Positions 33,046-42,903 of a DNA stretch of 64,000 nt are shown here, one piece after another. Source of the stretch: Nitrososphaerales archaeon (GTDB lineage Archaea > Thermoproteota > Nitrososphaeria > Nitrososphaerales > Gagatemarchaeaceae); contig JAJTZC010000001.1 in assembly GCA_032906705.1 (NCBI GenBank), positions 9,464 to 73,463 on the forward strand, read 5' to 3'. The notes beneath the pieces were generated by a model, which saw nothing but the letters and a program-made list of their open reading frames with translations, was not told the origin of the DNA and did no database searches. The translations under genes and the position numbers were made by a program. Position 1 is the stretch's first letter. Every line of letters starts with the position of its first letter.

Positions 33046-34416
33046 GTGGCACTCGCCGACGTGCTGGCTGATTACTTCTACTCCGTGAGGTACTCTGACC
33101 TCGATGCTCGAACGGTGAAGGAAACGAAAAGGCGTCTAATTGACTCCTTGGGCTGCGCCCTCGGAGCGTTCAAGGAGAGACCCGTCAGAATTGCAAGGAG
33201 AGCGGTCGCTGGTGTGACTTCGGGCAAGCCAGCGACCCTGTTGGGCACGAAGACGAGAACCAGCGCAGACCTCGCCGCGTTCGTCAACGGACTCATGATA
33301 CGTTATTTTGACTTCAACGACACGTACCTCTCAAGGGAGCCAGCCCACCCGAGCGACAACATTGGAGCGACCCTCTCGGTAGCGGAATCCGAGGGGAGTT
33401 CAGGGAGGGAACTAATTCTCGCCACGGTCATGGCATACGAAGTCCAGTGCAGGTTCGCGGATGCAGCGGACCTCAGGCACAGGGGATGGGACCACGTCAA
33501 CTACGGCCTCGTCTCGACCACCCTCGCGGCCAGCAGACTGATGGGCTCGACCAAAGAGAAGGCTGCACAGGCAGTGAACATCGCTCTCAACTCTCACTTA
33601 GCGATGAGGCAGGTCAGGGCTGGTGCCCTGTCCATGTGGAAGGGCGCCTCGTTTGCCAACGCGGCCCGGAACGGGGTCTTCTCTGCGAGGCTGGCTGGAC
33701 AGGGAATGACGGGCCCTTCGCCTGTCTTCGAAGGCGAGATGGGCTTCTTCAAACAGGTCTCGGGAGAGTTCGTCCTTGACCCCTCGTCCTTCGGCGGAGA
33801 TGGCGCGCCGTTCAAGATTGGGGAGACCTACATCAAGTATTGGCCGGCCGAGTACCATGCGCAGACAGCAATCTGGGCTGCGCTCGAGCTTCGCAAGAGA
33901 ATCGCGGATCCCACCCTAATCGAGTCGGTCCGCGTCGAGACTCATGAGGCCGGCTACACCATCTTGGGAAAGGACCCAGAGAAATGGAACCCTAAGACAA
34001 AGGAGACTGCGGACCACAGCCTTCCATTCATCGTCGCGACCGCACTCCTTGATGGCAAGGTGGGGAACTCGAGTTACTCTACGCGGAAACTTGCTGACGA
34101 GCGGACGCTCGGCCTGGCCCGAAGGGTCGCGGTGACGGAAGACGCTAGGCTCACGGAACTCTATCCGGACAGGGGCATGGGGAACAGGATTACGGTTACC
34201 ATGAAGGGAGGTGGTGCTCTGGCCGCCGAATCGATCATGCCACGCGGGCATCCGGGAAACCCGATGAGCGACGAGGAGGTCGAGGCGAAATTCATGTCCC
34301 TGACTAGGAAATCGCTGGGCGATGACAGGGCGAGGAAGGCTATTAATCTAATCTGGGCCTTGGACGAGTCCACGGACCTCGCGCGCCTTATCTCCTCGCT
34401 GGTCGTCCGCAAATAG
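33046..34416 (+). CDS. MmgE/PrpD-family protein (2-methylcitrate dehydratase-like)
   Basis: N-terminus LADYFYSVRYSDLDARTVKETKRRLIDSLGCALGAF and a 456-aa length typical of the family. Confidence 0.85.
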   Translation: MALADVLADYFYSVRYSDLDARTVKETKRRLIDSLGCALGAFKERPVRIARRAVAGVTSGKPATLLGTKTRTSADLAAFVNGLMIRYFDFNDTYLSREPAHPSDNIGATLSVAESEGSSGRELILATVMAYEVQCRFADAADLRHRGWDHVNYGLVSTTLAASRLMGSTKEKAAQAVNIALNSHLAMRQVRAGALSMWKGASFANAARNGVFSARLAGQGMTGPSPVFEGEMGFFKQVSGEFVLDPSSFGGDGAPFKIGETYIKYWPAEYHAQTAIWAALELRKRIADPTLIESVRVETHEAGYTILGKDPEKWNPKTKETADHSLPFIVATALLDGKVGNSSYSTRKLADERTLGLARRVAVTEDARLTELYPDRGMGNRITVTMKGGGALAAESIMPRGHPGNPMSDEEVEAKFMSLTRKSLGDDRARKAINLIWALDESTDLARLISSLVVRK

Positions 34417-34468
34417 GCACGCGTCCGCCTCGGAAGGTTATTCTAGGCTTGGAGCCTGGAAGGCAAAG

Positions 34469-35236
34469 ATGAAAGAAGCGGAGTCGCTCCTCAAGGAGGC
34501 CTTCGGACTCACCGCCTACGAGGCACGCGCCTACATAGCGCTTCTGGGGCGAAGAATGGTCGCCAAGGACGCAGCGAAGGCCGCCGACGTCCCTCTGCCG
34601 CGCATCTATGACACCATGCAGAGGCTGGCGTCGAAGGGCTTCGTGAAGCAGTCTGCGCGCGGATACTCGGCCGTCGAGCCTTCGGTCGCCCTGGAGACTA
34701 GGGCGAGGAGGTTCAAGTCAGCTTTCGAGGAAGAGCAGAGCGCCCGCGTTGGAGCCGGCCGGAAGATCGTGAGGGAGCTGATGCCGCTCTACGATAGGAA
34801 GTCCGGTGAGTCTGACGAACCAGTCCTCCTGAGCGGGCTAGACAGCATCGGGGGGGCTTTCATCGAGGCCCTTCGTGGTGCCGGAGACGCCATCATACTC
34901 GTCAGAAAGGCCATGAAGGTGAAGGGTGCCTTCATCGGCCTCCTTGAGAGTCTCGCAACCAATCGCGGCAAGATCAGGGTGATGCTGCCGTCAGGGACAA
35001 GGTTGAGCGAGGGGGACAGGAAGTTCACAAGAGGTAGCTCCATAAGAATCAGGTACGTCGAGCCGCCGATTCTGGACATGATGGTCGCGGGCGACAGAGA
35101 TGTGATCGTCGGGGTCCCGACGGGCGCAGCCGACGAGCCGTTCGCAGCGATGGCGGTCTGGATTAGAAACAGGGAGTTCGCAAGGTCAGCCAGGTCTTCC
35201 CTGGAGGAGACTTGGCGTCGCGGGGAGGAGCCTTGA
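34469..35236 (+). CDS. TrmB-family transcriptional regulator
   Basis: LTAYEARAYIALLGRRMVAKDAAKAADVPLPRIYDTMQRLASKGFV wHTH plus a C-terminal effector-like domain. Confidence 0.75.
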   Translation: MKEAESLLKEAFGLTAYEARAYIALLGRRMVAKDAAKAADVPLPRIYDTMQRLASKGFVKQSARGYSAVEPSVALETRARRFKSAFEEEQSARVGAGRKIVRELMPLYDRKSGESDEPVLLSGLDSIGGAFIEALRGAGDAIILVRKAMKVKGAFIGLLESLATNRGKIRVMLPSGTRLSEGDRKFTRGSSIRIRYVEPPILDMMVAGDRDVIVGVPTGAADEPFAAMAVWIRNREFARSARSSLEETWRRGEEP

Positions 35237-35328
35237 CCGAAGGATATGTCAAGTCTTCGGGTGATCGAGAGTGAAATCTGTTCGTGACCACCCGGCAACT
35301 TAGCACAGCCTAACCGAAGAATGGTTAA

Positions 35329-35348
35329 TTACCACTCGTCGGTGGTAA
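35329..35348. promoter_or_regulatory. inverted repeat TTACCAC-N6-GTGGTAA just upstream of the LLM oxidoreductase start
   Basis: Read directly. It sits between a TATA-like GGTTAATT (35323-35330) and the ATG at 35355. Confidence 0.3.
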
Positions 35349-35354
35349 GAACTG

Positions 35355-36347
35355 ATGAGGCTAGCCCTAGGCTTCAACCCCATCCTCACGGCCATCGAAG
35401 CAAGCAAGACGGCAGCCAACGCCGAGGCGCTCGGTTACGACTCGATGTGGATGCATGAAAGCCTCTTCCAGAGAGACATAGTCACTTACCTTTCGTCGAT
35501 GGCTCTTGCGACCAGGAGCCTCAGGGTCGGCTCTGGCGCCATGAACACCTTCACGAGGCATCCGGTCACCGCAGCTGCGACTTTCGCTACCCTCTCCGAG
35601 CTCTCTGGCGGTCGGGTGGTCCTCGGGCTTGGGTTGGGCAGCTTCCCAACAATACCCTTGATAGGCCACCAGATCTTCCCGGTCGAGAAGACCAAGCCAC
35701 TCAAGAGAATCAAGGAGTACATCCAGGTGGTCAAGAAGGTTTGGAGCGGCGAGAAAGTGGAGTTTGACGGGGAATTCTTCAAGGTCCACAACCTCACGTT
35801 GGGCTTCCAGCTGAAGACCCGAATCCCACTCTTCATCGCGTCGCTCTCGCCCAAGACTCTGGCCTACGCTGCGACTGTTGTGGACGGGGTTATCCTCTCC
35901 CCCGCATTCAACACTGCTTGGGGGACGGAAAGGATGATCGAACATGTGCAGAAGGGCGAAGCCAAGAGGGGGACTGCCGTCGAGCACGCTTCATACATGA
36001 TGGCTTCGCTTGACCCGAGCCCCGAAAAAGCGCGGCAGGTCATGCGGGACTTCTACTTCTTCGTCTACCAGCTTTCCGACGTGGTGAGGCCCGAAGTGCT
36101 CGCGCCGTACGGTATCACCCCGGAGATGCTCGGACCAATGAAGGAAGCCTGGAAGAAGGGCGACGTGGCGGGAGCCAAGAAGTTGATCCCGGAACAAGCA
36201 ATCGAGGTTCTCACGCTCACCGGACGAGCGGATCATGCTCTTGAACGGATACGAGAGTATTCGAAGGCTGGTGTGACATTGCCGATAATCATGCCGATAG
36301 GCAACGTGGACTACGCGCTGAAAGAGCTGGCACCGGCAGCGAACTGA
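35355..36347 (+). CDS. luciferase-like (LLM class, probably F420- or flavin-dependent) oxidoreductase
   Basis: LGYDSMWMHESLFQRD, GRVVLGLGLG and TIM-barrel LLM length (330 aa). Confidence 0.8.
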   Translation: MRLALGFNPILTAIEASKTAANAEALGYDSMWMHESLFQRDIVTYLSSMALATRSLRVGSGAMNTFTRHPVTAAATFATLSELSGGRVVLGLGLGSFPTIPLIGHQIFPVEKTKPLKRIKEYIQVVKKVWSGEKVEFDGEFFKVHNLTLGFQLKTRIPLFIASLSPKTLAYAATVVDGVILSPAFNTAWGTERMIEHVQKGEAKRGTAVEHASYMMASLDPSPEKARQVMRDFYFFVYQLSDVVRPEVLAPYGITPEMLGPMKEAWKKGDVAGAKKLIPEQAIEVLTLTGRADHALERIREYSKAGVTLPIIMPIGNVDYALKELAPAAN

Positions 36348-36362
36348 CGGCTCAGGAAGAAC

Positions 36363-37265
36363 TCAGAACGGCAGATGGATTGGAAAGAGGATGAATAGGA
36401 CGAACGAGATCATGTACAGTAGAGCAAAGCGCAGGGTCAAACCTGCCGTCCTCGGGTCCGCGTTGTCCGGCACGGGGCCCTGGAACATCTTCGACAGCTT
36501 CCACGCTCCCGGCGCGGTAAGGAGGACGATCACGGACCAAGTCGGCAGGAGACTTGTCAGGATTCCTGCGACGACAAACGCATAGGTCGCCGCCAGGAGA
36601 ACTTCGTAAAGTTGGGCACCTTTCTTCGCGCCCAGCCGCACGCCAATCGTCCTGTTGCCTACAGAGCCGTCGTAGTCGATGTCTCGAATGTTGTTAGCAA
36701 GAAGGACCAACGCAACGAGGACACCCAGTGGGACAGAGATGATCGCAGGTGTCCATGAGAGCGATCCCGCCTGCACCGCGTAAGCCCCGAGGGGAATCAG
36801 GAGGCCCCACATTGCGAACACGGTGGCCTCGCCCATCGCCCTCGCCTTCAGCACGACCGGGTCTGCTGTGTACAACACGCTCCCCAGGATGCCCAGTCCC
36901 AACAGCAAGAGGATTGCCGGCCCCCTGACAATAGCGAGATAGGCTCCAGCCAGGACGGTGAGGGCGTAGAGCGCAACAGACATCTCGAGTATCGTGGACA
37001 GGGGTGCCTGCCCGAATGCAGCAGGATGCAGCCTGTACTTCGTCGTGGGAGCGCCCTCCTTGTCAACGCCGTGCCTCACATCAAAGAAGTCGTTTAGGAT
37101 GTTTGTTGCTGCGTGGAAAGCCAGCATTCCGCCCAAGACTATCGCGTACAGAACGGGGTCGAAGACTCCTTTCAGAGCTGCGAGCAACGTCCCCAGGGTC
37201 ACCGAGGAGAAGGTCATGGTGAACGACCAAGGGCGTGTCGACAGCAACGCGGTCCTGGCGTCCAT
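36363..37265 (-). CDS. menA: UbiA-family prenyltransferase, MenA-like (1,4-dihydroxy-2-naphthoate polyprenyltransferase)
   Basis: TRPWSFTMTFSSVTLGT..., NILNDFFDVRHGVD and NNIRDIDYD motifs. About 9 TM segments. Confidence 0.75.
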   Translation of the reverse strand: MDARTALLSTRPWSFTMTFSSVTLGTLLAALKGVFDPVLYAIVLGGMLAFHAATNILNDFFDVRHGVDKEGAPTTKYRLHPAAFGQAPLSTILEMSVALYALTVLAGAYLAIVRGPAILLLLGLGILGSVLYTADPVVLKARAMGEATVFAMWGLLIPLGAYAVQAGSLSWTPAIISVPLGVLVALVLLANNIRDIDYDGSVGNRTIGVRLGAKKGAQLYEVLLAATYAFVVAGILTSLLPTWSVIVLLTAPGAWKLSKMFQGPVPDNADPRTAGLTLRFALLYMISFVLFILFPIHLPF

Positions 37266-38056
37266 CGATAAGCCGCTGCTCCTTGAGGAATTTAAGGGAT
37301 ACTGGCAGTGTCCGTCTCAGGCCCAGGAATGACTACGTGCAGTACCACAGGAGGATCCAGTCTCGCCTGGCCCCCAATAGCGTAGTAGCCCACTTGTATG
37401 CGAAGCGCATTTATCGCGAGCTCAAGGACCAACGTTCCGTGTGGAAAAGAAAGGGGCTGGCCGTGGGTCTCGTTGCGGTTGTCCTTTCAATGGTCCTCTT
37501 GTTCACAGTGCCCTCGGGGTACTTCGTCGCTGCGACTTTTGCCTCGACTGCTTGCATGATCGGGGCGAGCTTGGCCGCCGGGGGATACCGCAAGCTGTTC
37601 ACGCCCCGCCTCAAGACGCTGGCAATCGGGTTGGTGTCGGCGGTGCTGCTGTATCTGGTGTTCTTCGCAGGGAATCTGGGGATTAGCAGCGCGCATCCAT
37701 TCGGTATCAACCCTTCAGCCGAGAACTCGATCTACTCTCTCATCGCTTCACCTGCAAACCCCCTCTACGTCCAAGCCGGAGTGCTGCTCTTCGATTCGGT
37801 GGGCTACGAGTCGTTCTTCAGAGGCGTCCTGCAGACCAAGGCTCAACCGAGGCTCGGGAGAGCGGCCCCGTTTGCTGTGGCGGCTGTCGACGCCGCGCTC
37901 CATGTCCTCACCCTCAATCCGCTGTGGGTTGTCACCACATTCATTGCTGATACCGTGTGGGGCTTGACCTACTATTACGCCAATGACCTTTCCTCGAGCA
38001 TGACGAGCCACATCATCTGGGACGTCCTCATCTTCATCGTCTATCCAGTAAGATGA
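37235..38056 (+). CDS. CPBP-family intramembrane glutamic protease (CAAX protease-like)
   Basis: YESFFRGVLQ (EExxxR-type) and SHIIWDVLIF (HxxxD/N) motifs. The longest-ORF start overlaps the menA start, so the real start is probably downstream (for example TTG ~37394). Confidence 0.65.
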   Translation: MSTATRSWRPSISRCSLRNLRDTGSVRLRPRNDYVQYHRRIQSRLAPNSVVAHLYAKRIYRELKDQRSVWKRKGLAVGLVAVVLSMVLLFTVPSGYFVAATFASTACMIGASLAAGGYRKLFTPRLKTLAIGLVSAVLLYLVFFAGNLGISSAHPFGINPSAENSIYSLIASPANPLYVQAGVLLFDSVGYESFFRGVLQTKAQPRLGRAAPFAVAAVDAALHVLTLNPLWVVTTFIADTVWGLTYYYANDLSSSMTSHIIWDVLIFIVYPVR

Positions 38057-38089
38057 ACGGGGCAACCAATAATTATCCTGCCTCGTGGG

Positions 38090-39223
38090 GTGCGAAGTGC
38101 AGTGACCGACAGAGTCGGCATAGTCGGGGTCGGGTACGAGGGCTTCCGCCCGTCCTTGGCTGACCTTTCTACGAGGGAGCTGATGTATCAGGCAGCGTCG
38201 AAGGCATACCTCGACGCAGGCGTCGACCCGAGAAAGGACATCGGCTCCTTCATCTGTTGTACGGAGGACCTCTGGGAGGGGTGGAGCATAGCTGATGAGA
38301 TGGTACCGGACCAGATCGGCGGGGCCCGGAGGCCCGTCTGCACAGTGCCGGCTGATGGGATAACCGGGATAGGACACGCGATCATGCACATAAGGTCAGG
38401 AGTGGCAGACGTCGTTTCGGTCGAGGCGCACAGCAAGGTGGCCGACGTGCTCGACAAGACGGCAGTTGAGAACCTCGCCCTTGACCCCGCCTTCCTCAGG
38501 GTCCCGGGTGCCAACAACGACGTGCTCGCGGGACTGGAGATGAGCGCTTTCATGAAGAGCCGTGGTGTTGGGAGGGAGGAACTAAGCCGGCTGGTGGCAG
38601 CTGAGAAGGCCGCTTCGGTCTCGAATCCCCGAGCAAGTTACGGCGCGAGACTCACGCCTGCTGAGGTCAGTGGTGCTGAACCGATTTCTGCCCCGCTGCG
38701 TAGGTACGATAAGGCCGAGTACGCAGAAGCGGGAATCGTCATCGTGCTTGCTTCTGAACAATGGATCAGGCGGAAGAGGAAGGATGCGGTCCGCGTTGAC
38801 GGCTTGGCCTGGCGCTCCTCGACGCCTTGGTACGAGGGCGGGGAGGTCGGGTTCGCGAGATACGCAACGGACGCCTTCAATGCGGCGAAGAAACAGGCGC
38901 GCCTCAGGAGCCTCGATTCCGTCGACCTGTTCGAAGTGGACGACACCTACTCGTACAAGCTGATGCAGCACCTTCTCTCCATCGGAGTTAGCAAGTCGAG
39001 CGCATTGGCCTTGAGCAGGAGGGGGGCGCTCAACCCTAGCGGCGGTTCTCTAGGCGTCGGGAACCTCATAGAGGCCACGGGCCTGCACCGGGTGCTCGAA
39101 TGTGTAATCCAACTCCGAGGTGAGGCAGGGAGGAACCAGGTGAAGGGTGTGAGGAAGGCGGTCGCGCTTTCGTGGAGGGGTAACCCCACAGCGACAGGAG
39201 CCGCGGCGGTGCTCTCGATATGA
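38090..39223 (+). CDS. thiolase-fold (SCP2-thiolase-like) protein lacking the canonical nucleophile Cys and catalytic His
   Basis: ...RPVCTVPADGITGIGHAIMHIRSG has Pro87 where ACASG Cys is expected. NPSGGSLGVGNLIEATG...QLRGEAG has GN in place of GHP. Confidence 0.8.
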   Translation: MRSAVTDRVGIVGVGYEGFRPSLADLSTRELMYQAASKAYLDAGVDPRKDIGSFICCTEDLWEGWSIADEMVPDQIGGARRPVCTVPADGITGIGHAIMHIRSGVADVVSVEAHSKVADVLDKTAVENLALDPAFLRVPGANNDVLAGLEMSAFMKSRGVGREELSRLVAAEKAASVSNPRASYGARLTPAEVSGAEPISAPLRRYDKAEYAEAGIVIVLASEQWIRRKRKDAVRVDGLAWRSSTPWYEGGEVGFARYATDAFNAAKKQARLRSLDSVDLFEVDDTYSYKLMQHLLSIGVSKSSALALSRRGALNPSGGSLGVGNLIEATGLHRVLECVIQLRGEAGRNQVKGVRKAVALSWRGNPTATGAAAVLSI

Positions 39224-40377
39224 AGAAGGTCGCCGTCATCGGTGCGGGAATGACGAAGTTCAGGAGGAGGATGCTTGAGACTGGGAGGGAGCTATCCTTC
39301 GGGGCAAGCAGGATGGCCCTCGACTCGGCCGGGATGGAGATCAAAGACGTGGAATCCGTGGTGATGGGCACAGCGCCCGACGCCTTCGACGGCGTTCACA
39401 TGAAAGGCGAGTACTTGATGGACGGCGCTGGCGGGACCAACAAGCCGTACAGCAGGGTCTACGTGGGCGGGGGCACGGGAGTCTTCGTCCCCGTGGCTGG
39501 ATGGTGGCACGTCGCGTCAGGCCTCTTTGACACATGTCTCGTGGTCGGAGAAGAGAAGATGTCGCCCCTGCAGCCCCATCCGCAGTACGCCTTCTGGAGC
39601 ATCTTCGACCACACACTCGAGAGGCCCCTGGGCGTCAACCTCCTTTGGATCTTCTCGCTCGAGATGAGGCGGTACATGTCGGTGTACAACGTGAAAGAGG
39701 AGGACATCGCGCTGGTGTCCGTCAAGAACAAGGGTAACGCGATGGACCACCCGTGCGCTCAGCTGCCCGCTAGGATCACAGTCGACGACGTGATGAAGAG
39801 CGAACCGATCTGCCTTCCTGTGAAGAGGTTGGACGTGTCACCGACCTCGGACGGGGCGGCGGCTTTGGTTCTCGCTTCTGAGGACGTCGCGAAGAAGTAC
39901 ACCGACGACCCGGTCTGGATCGACGGCGTGGGCTGGAACGTCGACACCCAGTACTGGACAAACCGGGACCTGTACTATCCCAGGTACGTAGAGCAGGCGG
40001 CGAGGATGGCATATTCGATGGCCAAGATCGACAACCCGAAGAAGCAGATAGATTTCGCAGAGGTCTACGATCCATTCGACTACAAGGAGCTTCATCACCT
40101 GGAAGGCGTTCTGCTAGCAGACAAAGGGCAGGCTCCGACGATGACCAAGGAAGGGATTACACAGCGGGACGGCGACCTTCCTGTCAACCCGTCGGGAGGA
40201 CTGCTGGGAGTCGGAAACCCCATTGCCGCTGCGGGCACCATGAAGGTCTGCGAGCTATTCTGGCAGCTGAGGGGCGAAGCGGGGAAGAGGCAGGTCAAGA
40301 AGGAGGTCCACAGAGGTCTGGCACAGGCTTGGGGCGATTTACTTCAGTGTGGAACAGTCATCACGATGAAAAGGTAG
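39220..40377 (+). CDS. second thiolase-fold (SCP2-thiolase-like) paralog, also without canonical Cys/His
   Basis: RVYVGGGTGVFVPVAGWWHVASG...VVGEEKMS has Gly84 at the Cys position. NPSGGLLGVGNPIAAAG...CELFWQLRGEAGKRQV has GNP in place of GHP. ATGA overlap with the upstream paralog. Confidence 0.8.
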   Translation: MKKVAVIGAGMTKFRRRMLETGRELSFGASRMALDSAGMEIKDVESVVMGTAPDAFDGVHMKGEYLMDGAGGTNKPYSRVYVGGGTGVFVPVAGWWHVASGLFDTCLVVGEEKMSPLQPHPQYAFWSIFDHTLERPLGVNLLWIFSLEMRRYMSVYNVKEEDIALVSVKNKGNAMDHPCAQLPARITVDDVMKSEPICLPVKRLDVSPTSDGAAALVLASEDVAKKYTDDPVWIDGVGWNVDTQYWTNRDLYYPRYVEQAARMAYSMAKIDNPKKQIDFAEVYDPFDYKELHHLEGVLLADKGQAPTMTKEGITQRDGDLPVNPSGGLLGVGNPIAAAGTMKVCELFWQLRGEAGKRQVKKEVHRGLAQAWGDLLQCGTVITMKR

Positions 40378-40390
40378 CGCGACCAAGCGT

Positions 40391-42361
40391 TTGGTGGAAT
40401 TAGCCTCAGACAGGCTGCTCTGGACGCCGGACGAGGGGAGGGTCCGCAAGGCGAACATCACGACATACCTGGACTGGCTCGCAAAGCAAGGCATGAGATT
40501 TGAGGGTTACGGCGAGCTGTGGCAGTGGTCTGTGGACAGCGTCGAGGAATTTTGGCAGTCAATCTGGGACTACTTCGACGTCATCCATGAAGGCAAGTAC
40601 TCCAAGGTACTATCGTCTAGGCTAATGCCGGGAGCAAAGTGGTTCAAAGGAGCGCGCCTGAACTTTGCTGAGCAAGTCTTCAGGAATAGACAGGAGGGCC
40701 CGGCTCTGATATCGAGGGCCGAGGACGGGGAGCTGAGGACCATCGGCTGGGGAGAGCTCCGGAAGATGACCGCCTCCTTGTCGGCAAACCTGACTCGGAT
40801 GGGAGTGAAGAAGGGCGACAGGGTCGCGGCCTACCTGGCGAACTCGGTCGAGGCGGTGGTCTCCCTCTTGGCGTGTGCAAGCGTCGGCGCTGTCTGGTCG
40901 AGCTGTTCGCCCGAATTCGGCGCCCCTAGCGTGGTCGACAGGCTGGGCCAAATCGGCCCAAGGGTCCTCATCGCTGCAGAGGGTTACAGGTATGGCGGTG
41001 AATGGCACGACAGGAATGGGGCGCTGGACTCAATATTGTCGGCCCTTCCAACGGTGAAGAAGGTCGTCGTCGTCAGGAAAAAGTCTGAACGGAAACGGAA
41101 GGGAGAGGTGGATTGGGCGGACGCAGTCTCGGGCAGGGCGAAGCTAGAGTTCGAGCGAGTGCCGTCGAGGCATCCACTCTGGATTCTGTACTCGTCTGGG
41201 ACGACCGGGCTACCAAAGCCAATCGTCCAGGGGCACGCGGGAATCCTCCTCGAACACCTGAAAGAACTTTCTCTCCACAACGACTTGAAGGCAGGCGACC
41301 GTTTCTTCTGGTTCACTACTACGGGCTGGATGATGTGGAACTACCTGGTGGGGGGCCTTCTGCACCACTCGACAGCCGTGCTTTACGACGGAAGCCCAGG
41401 AATCCCAGACATGAACGCGCTCTGGGACCTGGTCGAAGAGACCGAGGTCTCATTCATGGGGGTGAGCGCCGCCTTCGTCAACGGATGCATGAAAGCAGGA
41501 ATCAAGCCTGGCGCTAACCACGACCTGACGAACTTGACGGGCCTCGGCTCCACGGGCTCGCCCCTGTCGGGGGAGGCATTCGAATGGGTCTACGGGAATG
41601 TGAAGTCCGACCTCTGGCTCGCATCCATCAGCGGCGGCACTGACGTGTGTACGGCCTTCGTTGGCGGCCTCCCGACTCTCCCGGTCTACTCTGGCGAGAT
41701 CCAATGCAGATGCCTGGGCGCGAAGGTCGAATCTTTTGACGAGGAAGGGAGGAGCGTCGTGGGAAAGGTTGGTGAGCTCGTCGTGACTGCGCCGATGCCG
41801 AGCATGCCGCTCTATTTCTGGGGAGACAAGGACGGGGCAAGGTACAGGGAGAGCTACTTCGGCATGTTCCCAGGCGTCTGGAGACATGGCGACTGGATAG
41901 AGGTAACTGCCCGAGGCTCCTGCGTGATATTCGGTCGGTCGGACGCAACCATCAAGAGGATGGGAGTCAGGATCGGCACTTCGGAGATCTACAGGGCGAT
42001 GGAGGGGATACCAGAGGTGGCAGACAGCCTGGCTCTCGACCTGGAAGGACTTGGGGGAAGGTCCGTAATGCTTCTCTTTGTCGTACCAGAAAAAGGCGTG
42101 AGCCTGGACCAGGAACTCTCGGAGCGGATCAAAGACACACTGAGACGTGACCTTTCACCGAGGCACGTCCCCGACCTCGTCGTGCAAGTAAGGAGCGTGC
42201 CACGGACCCTGAACGGGAAGAAGCTAGAAGTCCCGGTCCGCAGGATCTTCGCCGGTGGAAAGCCCGAAGAGGTGCTCAACAGGGACTCGCTCTCCGACCC
42301 CGCCTCTGTCGATGAATACGTCGTACTCGCGGAACGGTTCAGGAGAGATGGGAAACTTTGA
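40391..42361 (+). CDS. acetoacetyl-CoA synthetase-like acyl-CoA ligase (AMP-forming)
   Basis: LWTPDEGRVRKANITTYLDWL...WQWSVDSVEEFWQSIWDYF N-terminus typical of acetoacetate-CoA ligase. YSSGTTGLPK AMP-binding motif. 656 aa. Confidence 0.85.
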   Translation: MVELASDRLLWTPDEGRVRKANITTYLDWLAKQGMRFEGYGELWQWSVDSVEEFWQSIWDYFDVIHEGKYSKVLSSRLMPGAKWFKGARLNFAEQVFRNRQEGPALISRAEDGELRTIGWGELRKMTASLSANLTRMGVKKGDRVAAYLANSVEAVVSLLACASVGAVWSSCSPEFGAPSVVDRLGQIGPRVLIAAEGYRYGGEWHDRNGALDSILSALPTVKKVVVVRKKSERKRKGEVDWADAVSGRAKLEFERVPSRHPLWILYSSGTTGLPKPIVQGHAGILLEHLKELSLHNDLKAGDRFFWFTTTGWMMWNYLVGGLLHHSTAVLYDGSPGIPDMNALWDLVEETEVSFMGVSAAFVNGCMKAGIKPGANHDLTNLTGLGSTGSPLSGEAFEWVYGNVKSDLWLASISGGTDVCTAFVGGLPTLPVYSGEIQCRCLGAKVESFDEEGRSVVGKVGELVVTAPMPSMPLYFWGDKDGARYRESYFGMFPGVWRHGDWIEVTARGSCVIFGRSDATIKRMGVRIGTSEIYRAMEGIPEVADSLALDLEGLGGRSVMLLFVVPEKGVSLDQELSERIKDTLRRDLSPRHVPDLVVQVRSVPRTLNGKKLEVPVRRIFAGGKPEEVLNRDSLSDPASVDEYVVLAERFRRDGKL

Positions 42362-42899
42362 AATCCGCATGCGGGGCCGGAGTGAAGCGAGCTTGAGCTC
42401 GAAGATACCGCACTATCCCGGCACGGAGATTGGACCCTCGGACCTGGCGGCCCACAAGTATCTCATCACTGAATACGAGACGGTACTGAGGTACTCATGG
42501 ACGTCCGGCGTGGCGATCGGGAGGTTCCTTCGGGGGCTCAAGGACGGTGAGCTGTGGGCCAGGAAGTGCAACGGGTGCGGGAGGACCTTAATCCCTCCTC
42601 GGATGTACTGCGAAGAGTGCTTCAGGCCGACAGACTCGTGGGTGAAGGTCAAGAGCACGGGCACTATCACGACCTTCTCGATCAGCTATGTGAACGTCGA
42701 CGCGAGCAGGAGAAGCGAACCGATTCTCGTTTCGGTGATAGAGATAGAGGGGGCCTCCCCGAACATGGGGATACTCCACGTTCTGGGCGAGGTAGCACCC
42801 AAGGACATCTTCGTGGGCATGAAGGTCGAAGCTGTCTGGAAACCGGCGACAGAGCGCGAAGGAGCGATAACCGATATCAGGTACTTCAGGCCGAGGTGA
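42348..42899 (+). CDS. DUF35 (zinc-ribbon plus OB-fold) protein 1
   Basis: RKCNGCGRTLIPPRMYCEECF ribbon and an OB-like C-terminus. The start is at ATG 42348 (overlapping the ligase end) or ATG 42369. Confidence 0.75.
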   Translation: MGNFEIRMRGRSEASLSSKIPHYPGTEIGPSDLAAHKYLITEYETVLRYSWTSGVAIGRFLRGLKDGELWARKCNGCGRTLIPPRMYCEECFRPTDSWVKVKSTGTITTFSISYVNVDASRRSEPILVSVIEIEGASPNMGILHVLGEVAPKDIFVGMKVEAVWKPATEREGAITDIRYFRPR

Positions 42900-42903
42900 A
42901 GCT

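Noticed and set aside
38090-39223. Thiolase-fold ORF1 as the archaeal HMG-CoA synthase (which would make this the known thiolase/HMGCS/DUF35 mevalonate complex)
   Set aside because: The sequence follows the SCP2-thiolase pattern (NPSGG...QLRGEAG), not the HMGCS pattern (ES.PY...EFACKAGT...). It also lacks the HMGCS Glu/Cys/His triad context.
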